A stretch of 32,000 nt of DNA from Candidatus Saccharimonadota bacterium. Its GTDB lineage: Bacteria > Patescibacteriota > Gracilibacteria > BD1-5 > UBA6164. A model generated the notes under the pieces. It had not been told where the DNA came from, searched no databases, and was given only the letters and a program-made list of their open reading frames with translations. The stretch covers positions 150,001 through 182,000 of the forward strand of contig OY782392.1 of NCBI GenBank assembly GCA_963677765.1, written 5' to 3'. The position numbers were made by a program, and so were the translations under genes. How positions within the stretch are numbered: position 1 is the first letter of the stretch; each line of letters begins with the position of its first letter. Below, one piece after another: positions 21,781-29,847 of the stretch.

Positions 21781-22725
21781 TTAAGACATAATTTTATAAA
21801 ACTTTTTTATTATATCATAACCTTCTTTATCTTTTACTTTTTCATAAATAGCTTTTATTGTTTCATATCATTCAGCATGCTTATTTTCAGATTTTAAAAT
21901 AGCTAAAGAATCTGATATATTATTTCATTTTCATAACAAAATTCATAAATATCTATTTCTAGAATTACCAAAACAAGTAGCTATAATATCTCAACCTAGT
22001 GAGTAATAAGAAAAATCTAAATTTTTATCTCATCAATACAATAATATTAATTCTTTCATCTCTTCAAAAAAATCTACCATATACATTCATATACTTGATT
22101 TATCATATCATTTTCACTCATAATATCATGATATTATTGCTAATATATTTTTTAAACTTCAATATAATTCAACATTTTTTATATTTTTTGTTATTTTTAT
22201 TTTTAAATTTTCTGATTCAAACAAATTTTTTATATAATTTCAAGTTTCTATATTTGTTATTCATAAATCAGCTCATAAAGGTTTTTTTTCTACTACTTCT
22301 TGAGCAACCATTCATCAAGACAAAATTCAGTAATCTATTTTTTTTGAATTTATTTTTGATTTTACTAAATCAAAAATTGTTTGATTAGTAGTTATATCTA
22401 TACCTTTTGCCAAATTAAGAATACAAACTCATTCTTTTAATTTTGGAGAAAGTTTTTCTAAAGTAACTCATATAAATTGAGCTGGTATAGCAATTATAAG
22501 TATATCTATTTCAGAAATAATATCATCATAATTATCTATAACTTCTATATTTTCTGGTAATTTATATCATTTAAAAAAATAAGGATTCTCTCTGGTTTTT
22601 ATAATACTAGAATAAATTTCATTATTTATTTCATATCAATAAAACTTTTTTTCTGGATTATTTTCTCAAATCAATTTATTTATTGCAAATCAAAAAGCTC
22701 ACAATCATAGAGTAAGTACTTTCAT
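21781..22725 (-). CDS. gpsA: NAD(P)H-dependent glycerol-3-phosphate dehydrogenase
   Basis: MKVLTLgLgAFgFAINKLIgENN...ILIIAIPAQFIgVTLEKL...ILNLAKGID...LGgDIIATCFGNSRNRYLgILLgKg. The standard-code track shows only an antisense ORF here. TAA at 21783-21781. Confidence 0.85.
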
Positions 22726-22762
22726 TATTTAAATCATTAAAAATATTGTTTCATAGTATAAC

Positions 22763-22802
22763 AAAAAAAACATTATTTAAAAATTTTAAATAATGTTTTT
22801 TT
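22763..22802 (-). terminator. Terminator downstream of the toxin-antitoxin pair
   Basis: aacattattta / taaataatgtt stem, with a T-tract on the minus-strand transcript (A-run at 22763-22770). Confidence 0.6.
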
Positions 22803-22819
22803 ATTTGTATACATCTCAC

Positions 22820-23065
22820 CTACTTCAAGATTCAAAAAAAACTTATAACAAGTTCATCATCTATTATTTCATACAAAAATCTATAATCTCATATTCTAAG
22901 TCTGTAACAAAAAGGTAGTCATTTCAATACTTTTATATCAAGATTATTTTCATATGGATCTATACTAAATATGGTAATAGCTTTTTCAAATTTATAAATT
23001 ATATCTTGTCATTTTTGTTTTTCTAAGAATTTTTGAACTGACTTTTCTAGTAATATTTTATACAT
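22820..23065 (-). CDS. RelE/ParE-family type II toxin (81 codons)
   Basis: MYKILLEKSVQKFLEKQKgQDIIYKFEKAITIFSIDPYENNLDIKVLKgLPFCYRLRIgDYRFLYEIIDDELVISFFgILK, with TAG at 22822-22820. The YRLRIGDYR...Y.I motif is typical of the family. Confidence 0.7.
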
Positions 23066-23336
23066 ATTATTTTAAGCTATTTAAAAAGCTAAAAGCCTCG
23101 ACTGAATCTTTTCAATGACTACTATTTTTATATGATTTAATATCATTACTTGTAGCTATTTCAGTATCAAAAGATACTTTTTTTAAAGAATTATATTCAT
23201 CAATACTTAGAAAAACACCTACAGGTTTATTTTGAGATAATATTATTCTCTTACCTATAATTTTTGTGTCTTTTACAACTTTTGAAGTATTATCTCTTAA
23301 TTCAGATATAGAGACAAAATTTTTTTCTGTTAACAT
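23058..23336 (-). CDS. Phd/YefM-like antitoxin (92 codons)
   Basis: ATG at 23336 (MLTEKNFVSISELRDNTSKVVKDTKIIGKRIILSQNKPVGVFLSIDEYNSLKK...). TGA at 23114-23112 is read through to TAA at 23060-23058, giving an 8-nt overlap with the toxin start. Confidence 0.6.
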
Positions 23337-23367
23337 ATTTTTTATATAAAAAATAAATCTTGGTATA

Positions 23368-23395
23368 ATTATAAGTATTTTTACCAATATTTCAA
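23368..23395 (-). promoter_or_regulatory. Candidate sigma70-type promoter of the TA operon: TTGAAA-16 nt-TATAAT
   Basis: Minus strand shows ttgaaa (plus 23390-23395) and tataat (plus 23368-23373), about 30 nt upstream of ATG 23336. Confidence 0.4.
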
Positions 23396-23402
23396 ATATT
23401 TT

Positions 23403-24758
23403 TTAAAACCCTATAATAATTTTTGCTATACTAAAAAATATAAGTATTCAAAAAATATCGTTACTTGTTGTTATAAAAGGTCAAGTTGCCATTGCTGGAT
23501 TTATTCAGTATTTGTTTAGTATCAAAGGAACAAAAGTACCTATAAGACTAGCTAGTAATATAACACAAACAAGCGAAATACTAACAGCTGTTAAAACTAT
23601 ACTAGAAAAACCAAACACAAAATAACCAAATACAAGCAAAAGAACTGCCAAAAGCAATCAATTAACTACACTAATAGATAATTCTTTGAAAAATCTAGCA
23701 AATACCCCTCATTTCAAACTATTATTTGCTAATGCTTGTACAACCAAGGCACTAGATTGAACTCATACATTTCATGCCATCGCTGCAATAAGTGGTGTAA
23801 AGAAAAATAATTCTCAATTTTTTTCCATTGCTTCAGAAAATCATCACATTACAATAACTGCCATAAGACCTCAAAACAAAGCTAGTACAAGCCAAGGTAA
23901 ACGAGCTTTTACTAAATACCTAAGTTTATCTCATTCTTCTACATCATCCAAGATACCAGAAGCTAAGTTATAGTTTTCTTCTGCTGTATCTCTAACAAAG
24001 TCCATAACATCATCAACTGTAATACGACCTACTAGTTTTGTTTTATGATCGATTACAGGAATTGCTTCCATGTTATATTTTTCCATAAGATATGCTACTT
24101 CTGTTGCAGGAGTATCTACAGCTACATAATCTACTCTTTTTTTTCTAATTTCTTCTACTTTTTTATCTGCAGGAGCAGAAATCAAGTCTTTTAAACTAAC
24201 TCTTCAAATTAAAACCCCAGAATTATCAACTATATATACACTATGTATTCTATCTACTTGTTGAGCCTGTCTTCTTACTTCTTTCAAACACTCATCTATA
24301 GTCCAGTTTTTGTTTACTTCTACATATTCTTTTGCCATCAAAGCTCATGCAGTTCACTCTTCATATGATGCTAGTTCAGTAATCTCTCCTACATGTTGTT
24401 TATCTTTTATAAGCTTCAATACTTGATGTTTTTTCTCTTCATTATCTATCTCTCAAAGTATATCTGCAGCATCATCAGTATCCATTTCTTCTAGGATAAA
24501 TGCTAGATGATCAAGCATTATATTTTCTAAAATATCTTTTCTATCATCTGTTTCTAGTTCAGAAACAAATCTTGCAGCTTTTGCATAGCTAAGATTTTTA
24601 ACAACCAATAATAATTCATCTTTTGATAATTCATTGGCAATTTCTGCCAAATCTGCAGAGTGAATATTTTTCAAAAATTCTGCTATTTTTGATTCTATAG
24701 AATCATCTATTAGTTTTTTTAGATCATCTAACAATTGAGTATTTTTTTCAAAATCCAT
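23403..24758 (-). CDS. mgtE: Magnesium transporter MgtE
   Basis: N-domain MDFEKNTQLLDDLKKLIDDSIESKIAEFLKNIHSADLAEIANEL. CBS pair ...AIPVIDHKTKLVGRITVDDVMDFV. TM domain ...FFFTPLIAAMAgNVgVQSSALVVQALA...gINPAMATgPFITTSNDIFgILIFFSIAKIIIGF. Joins the listed ORFs 24453..24758 and 23931..24185; I checked codon by codon from 23931 down to TAA at 23405-23403. Confidence 0.9.
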
Positions 24759-24828
24759 ATTTTATATTGTTATCAATTATTATCTCATACTAGATAAATA
24801 ATAACAATTTTTATCAAAACAAGCAAAT

Positions 24829-26628
24829 TTAAAAAAAATTATATTTCTTATTTAGTATATAAAATACTAATATAGATATAACAACTATAAAAAACAAAAT
24901 AGAGTATAAAAAAAGTTTTTTCATATTGTTTATATTATTATCATTTTCTAAATCATAATTTTGAGTTTTTTCTATTTTTAAATCATTTGTTTCTTTTGAA
25001 TTATCAGATATTTTTTCAAATACTTCTTCATCTATATCTTCATCTTGTCATAGCTCATCAAAATTAATATTATCTTCGATAATTAATTCTTCTTCAATTA
25101 GTTCATCATTTTTTGATGATAAAAACTCTACTTCAAAATATGATTTAAATTCTCTAGAATAATTATCGTATACTTTTAAAGTAACATTGTATATTCATGG
25201 ATTGATATAATTAATATATCAAGGATTAACTCAATCATAAGTTTCTCAGTTTCAAAAATCCCAATAATAACTAGATATATTTCATATTGATTCACTAGCA
25301 TCAAAATTTACACTACAAGATTCATAACATATAAGTTTATTATTTAATAGTTCTTTATTTTGTCCTATTTTTCATTGAACTTGTATTTTTAGATTTACTT
25401 CACTATAGTTTTGTATATCTATTATTTCACTATTATCATCTTTATAGAAATCTTCTTTATAGTTATTATAATAACTAGAAGACAAACTAAATTTTTCTAT
25501 TATTTCTTTTAGTTCATTTATTTGGTTTTGATAGTCAGATATATTTTTTTCATTTGTATTATCCTCTTTATCTGTTTCACTGGAGTTTAATTCTTCATAT
25601 TTTCAAGTTACTTCTAATTTCAAAAAATCTCTATCCATATTTCAGTCTATATCTACAACTTCAAGCATGATATCATAATATCATTTTTCAAAAATAAGAG
25701 ATGATGGATCTTTTATACTAAAATAAGTTTCATTTGATAAATCCCAAAAATACTGCAAACCATCACCTGTTGATTCACTAGCTGTCAAATTTATACTACA
25801 ACTATCTACTCAATCACAAACTAATGTATCTCATTTGAACATTTTTCATGTAGTTAAATCTCATTGCAAAGTTATTTTTGCTTTTGTTTGTGTTTTTTTA
25901 TAAAGATTTCTAAAAATAAAATGAGTATTTTTACAATGATCACTATAGTTTTTATCACAAACTTCTAAAACTAACTCATGTTTTCATTCTCAAAAGTTCA
26001 GATGTTCAGGGTTACAACCATAAACAACAAAATCATCTCAGAAATCCCAATAACAAGTTAAGTTTTTATTATTAGTATCGTATTTAAAATTTACTAAACA
26101 TTCTTTTTTATAACAAAAATTATTTTCATCTAATCATGATTGGACTATTATATTTGGTTTATCAAATATTTCTTTTTCTGATTTTATATTACTATCATAT
26201 TTATAATAATTATTTTCATCATCTAAGTTATCATCATTATTTTGATTTGAAGAGTCATTATATTTTATAGCAAGATTATTTTCACTACTAGTATAAGAAA
26301 AAGTATCTAATAAACTATTATTAGAGTCATACAAATATAGTTCTTCATTTGTATTGTTTAGTATAATATTTGTTTGAGTTCTATAATATTTTTTTATTTG
26401 TCATCATGATAAATAATCCCCTGTTATATTATAAATTTTTCATCATTTATCAGATATAGAATATCAGTCCAAACTTTTTCAATTACTAGAATTGTTTTTT
26501 ATACTAATATATTCCATATTTAAATCATCATCAGTATTTGGTAAAACTTCATATATTATAAAGTTACTAAAACTAGTATTTATAAGGGAGAAAAACAATA
26601 AAAACACAAAAACAAATACTTTTTTCAT
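24829..26628 (-). CDS. Surface protein: signal peptide + lamin-tail (LTD) domain + three PKD-like domains + acidic linker + C-terminal TM anchor (599 codons)
   Basis: MKKVFVFVFLLFFSLINTSFSNFIIYEVLPNTDDDLNMEYISIKNNSSNgKSLDgYSISDKgg...EELYLYDSNNSLLDTFSY (LTD). PKD signatures CYWDFgDDFVVYGCNPEHLNFgEgKHELVLEVCD, YFWDLSNETYF...YYDIMLEVVDIDgN and YYWDFgNgETYDgVNPgYINYINPgIYNVTLKVYDN. Tail LFLYSILFFIVVISILVFYILNKKYNFF. TAA at 24831-24829. Confidence 0.75.
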
Positions 26629-26693
26629 AATTTTTTTATTAAATATAAATTAAAAGTATTTATCATTATAAAAATCAAATATTAAAAAAACAT

Positions 26694-26728
26694 TAAAAAA
26701 AGTAAGTTTTTTATCTAAAAAACTTACT
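26694..26728 (-). terminator. Terminator of the DUF2304-GT2 gene (stem overlaps its stop codon)
   Basis: agtaagtttttt (26701-26712) / aaaaaacttact (26717-26728), a 12-bp stem, with a T-tract on the minus-strand transcript. Confidence 0.7.
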
Positions 26729-27739
26729 CCATATAATTCTAAGTGCTATATTTATAGCATTTGAAGACTTTTGTCATTTTGAAATACTATATTTTGTATA
26801 TTTTATATTAACAGGAACTTCCCCTATTTTTATATTATTTTTGTTTAACTCATCTATCAATTCTGATGCATAAGCCATATTATCAATACTAAGTTTTATT
26901 TTTTTTATAGTATCTAATCTAAAAGCTCTCAATCAATTATGAGGATCTGTTAAATTTACCTGACTTATCATAACAGTAAAAAGTCTTCATAAAAACAAAG
27001 TTATTTTTCTTGTTTTACTTATATTAGTATTAGCTCATTTTAAAAACCTACTTCAAAATACTGCTCATAGATTTGATTGATTGTCTAACATGTCTACTAA
27101 CTTGTCTACATCATTTATATCATGTTGACCATCAGCATCAAATGTAATTATATATTCACAATCAATATATCTTCTAATGTATTCAAAACCAGTTTCCAAA
27201 GCTGAACCAGCTCATCTATTCATAAGATGATGAATAGAAATTATTTTATCACCATAAGATTCAAGTATCTTTTTTGTATCATCACTCGAACCATCATTTA
27301 CAACTAAAATATTTTTATAATTACTTAAAAGTACTTTATCTATAACTTCAGCTATAACTTCTGCTTCATTAAAAGCTCTTATTAATAATATTGATTTACA
27401 TTTTAATTCTTGTTTTGATATATTATTTAGAGATTGTTCTCTTACTAAGTTTGTTATAGAATCTTTATTTTCTACATGTTTTGTTAATAGTAATAAAACA
27501 AAATACAAAAGAAAAATAACAGCAGCATAAACCAAAACATCAGCTCATCTAGCTACTCAAAAAATACTTGCTATAGTATTTAATATTCAAGGAAAAAATG
27601 TAAAAGTAAGTAGACCTCATCATACTCATATAAAAACCAAAAAATGAAGAGCATTAAATCTTTGTTTTCTAGCTATGTCAAAAGCTATTATAAGTATAAT
27701 AACACCTGATATAATGAAGAAAAATTCTAATAGAGTCAT
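26711..27739 (-). CDS. Fusion of a DUF2304-like small membrane module with a GT2 (DPM1/polyprenol-phosphate glycosyltransferase-like) domain
   Basis: MTLLEFFFIISGVIILIIAFDIARKQRFNALHFLVFIgVggGLLTFTFFPgILNTIASIFgVARgADVLVYAAVIFLLYFVLLLLTKHVE (DUF2304 pattern), then ILLIRAFNEAEVIAEVIDKVLLSNYKNILVVNDGSSDDT...ITFDADGQHD...NLTDPHNgLRAF. TAA at 26713-26711. Confidence 0.75.
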
Positions 27740-27868
27740 TAAAATATATTATAAATAAAATTACTTAAAAATCATTATAATAATTAATCATTTTTTTAAA
27801 AATATTTTTTTTAATAACAAATTTTTATATAATAAAACTATAATTTTTGTCTTATAAAAAATAAATAT

Positions 27869-29383
27869 ATGAAAATTAAAAATATAATAAAATATATATC
27901 TTACGTATTGATAGCAATTATAGTAATATATATGTTATTTTCTGTATTATCTCAAAATATAAAAACATCAGAAGAAATAAATGATAATAATAAAATATCT
28001 ATAGATGATAATGATAAAAAAATAGATATAAACAATGATATAAATCCAGATAATTATGAATCTTTAGAAGAATTCATTTGATATTTTAATTCTGGATCTG
28101 GTATTGTATTGGATGTAGATATGACAAAAGAAGTTTTTTACACAAAAAATACTAACTCTGATTGAACATATATTATTTCAAAATTTGATGATAGTCTTAT
28201 AAGTCATATAGATAATTCTAGTGAAAGTATAAAAAATAAAGCTATAATGGATATATATAATTCTTATAAAGAAGAAGCTTTCTTATTTTGAGAACCAAAT
28301 GATTCTAGATCTTGAGTTAGAATACTTGAAGAAGACGAATTAGATTCTAGTTTTCAAATGCATAATGATTTACTTATTCCATATAATTGAGAAAACTATT
28401 TTGAAAAATTAGATAGATTAGAATCAAAAGCAAACAAATCAATTGATGATTATAAACAACTATGATATCTTTATGATTTTTCTTGAGATTATCAAAAAGC
28501 AAATATATTAAAAAAAGAAAATTGAATTCAAAGTATAAATTACAAAGTAAGTTGAAAAGTATTTAATCAATGAGAACCTTTATCAAATGTAGAAATAGAA
28601 GTTTTAAATACATGAGAAAAAGTAACAACTGATGATAATTGATATTATGAAATAGAATTTGAAACTTATCCATTAACTAGAGCTAGATTTAGAGCTAGAA
28701 TTGATTGATTTTCAGACTGATATAATTGAGTATATATAATTTTTGATAGCAATAATCAAAGCAAAGAAGAATTAAATTTCAATCTTCATAAATATGATAC
28801 AAAAGAACTTATAAAACAAGAAGACTTAAGCAATTGAAAAATAAAAACTGTAGAATCTAGTATTTGAAATTCTTTTGATTTTGTAGAATGAGTAGTTATA
28901 GATAGTAACTGAGAAATTTATACAAAAGATTTTTATGCTTATATTTATGAGTTTGATAGACAAACTCCTGGTATGGAAAATTTCTTATGATTAGATAATT
29001 TTGATCCTGTTTATTGATATTCATGAGATATGATGGTAACTGCCTGAATGACTTATATGATGATGACAACTCTAGATTGAGAAGAATTATTTATAAGTAA
29101 GCAAAATCCAATTGTTACAAGACAACAAATAAACATGGATATACAATTCAACAATGATGAAGAATGAACAAATGCACTTACAAAAGAACAATTTGAATTA
29201 TTGTTAAAAAAATCTCAAGAACCATGATATAACATAGATAGAACTTTCTTAGAAGAAAGATGAATTAGCGGTCTATCTCCATGGTGGGTATTAAATAAAA
29301 CTAGATGAGTTTGGGAAAATAGACCTATAAAAATAATAAATAAAGATTGACTAAAAGAGTCACTTTATTATAATGTTGACTAA
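27869..29383 (+). CDS. N-terminally membrane-anchored extracytoplasmic protein with a carboxypeptidase-regulatory-like (CarboxypepD_reg) beta-sandwich segment; otherwise unknown
   Basis: MKIKNIIKYISYVLIAIIVIYMLFSVLSQ... extended through TGA 28079-28081. VSgKVFNQgEPLSNVEIEVLNTgEKVTTDDNgYYEIEF matches the G-x-V-x-D/N...G-x-P-L...V...TDxxGxY motif. TAA at 29381-29383. Confidence 0.62.
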
Positions 29384-29406
29384 TTTATATATTTAAAATA
29401 AAAATT

Positions 29407-29751
29407 ATGAATAAAACTTATATGGCTTCTGGTATAGCAGCTGCAGTAGTAGTTGTAGCTTGAGTAATTGCTTGGACAATGTCTTCTTCTGTTGCAAATG
29501 ATGACTATACTTGTTATAACTATTCTATGGTTCAAGGTTCATGTCAAATAAATGAAGCTAACTGTGGAGCATGGGAAAATGGTAAAAGAGTTTGTAATGG
29601 TACTAGAATAGATACTTATTCTAGAGGAAGTTCATATAGATGTGGTACTTTTGGTGGTGAAGACAGAGAAAGATATACAGTTAATGCTGCATGTAGTGTA
29701 GAACAAACTGATACAGTTTCTCCAGAAGTTATCGAAGGTTGAGTTGAATAA
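29407..29751 (+). CDS. Small (114-codon) membrane-anchored/secreted 6-Cys protein, unknown family
   Basis: MNKTYMASGIAAAVVVVAgVIAWTMSSSVANDDYTCYNYSMVQGSCQINEANCGAWENGKRVCNGTRIDTYSRGSSYRCGTFGGEDRERYTVNAACSVEQTDTVSPEVIEGgVE. TAA at 29749-29751, followed by a strong terminator. Confidence 0.6.
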
Positions 29752-29756
29752 TTTTT

Positions 29757-29795
29757 AAAAAACACTGAAAAAATCAGTGTTTTTTTTATTTTTTA
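29757..29795 (+). terminator. Rho-independent terminator after the small Cys-rich gene
   Basis: aacactga (29761-29768) / tcagtgtt (29774-29781) plus a T-tract at 29782-29788. Confidence 0.75.
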
Positions 29796-29847
29796 GAAAA
29801 TATATGTTAATATTTATTATATATTTATAATTATAAATTTTTAAAAA

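Noticed and set aside
21999-22388. Listed 129-aa plus-strand ORF (low-complexity L/F/I/N-rich)
   Set aside because: It is antisense to gpsA (21781..22725), which gives a full-length, motif-bearing G3P dehydrogenase under table 25.
23337-23387. Upstream extension of the antitoxin ORF (MVKILIIIPRFIFYIKN...) as given in the track
   Set aside because: The track's start is a TTG at 23387, and the extension would cover the candidate promoter. The internal ATG at 23336 gives a Phd/YefM-sized protein beginning MLTEKNFVSISELRDN.
24759-24828. Possible Mg2+ (M-box) riboswitch upstream of mgtE
   Set aside because: Only about 70 nt separate mgtE from the upstream gene's stop. That is far too short for an M-box aptamer, and no GC-containing helices are visible.
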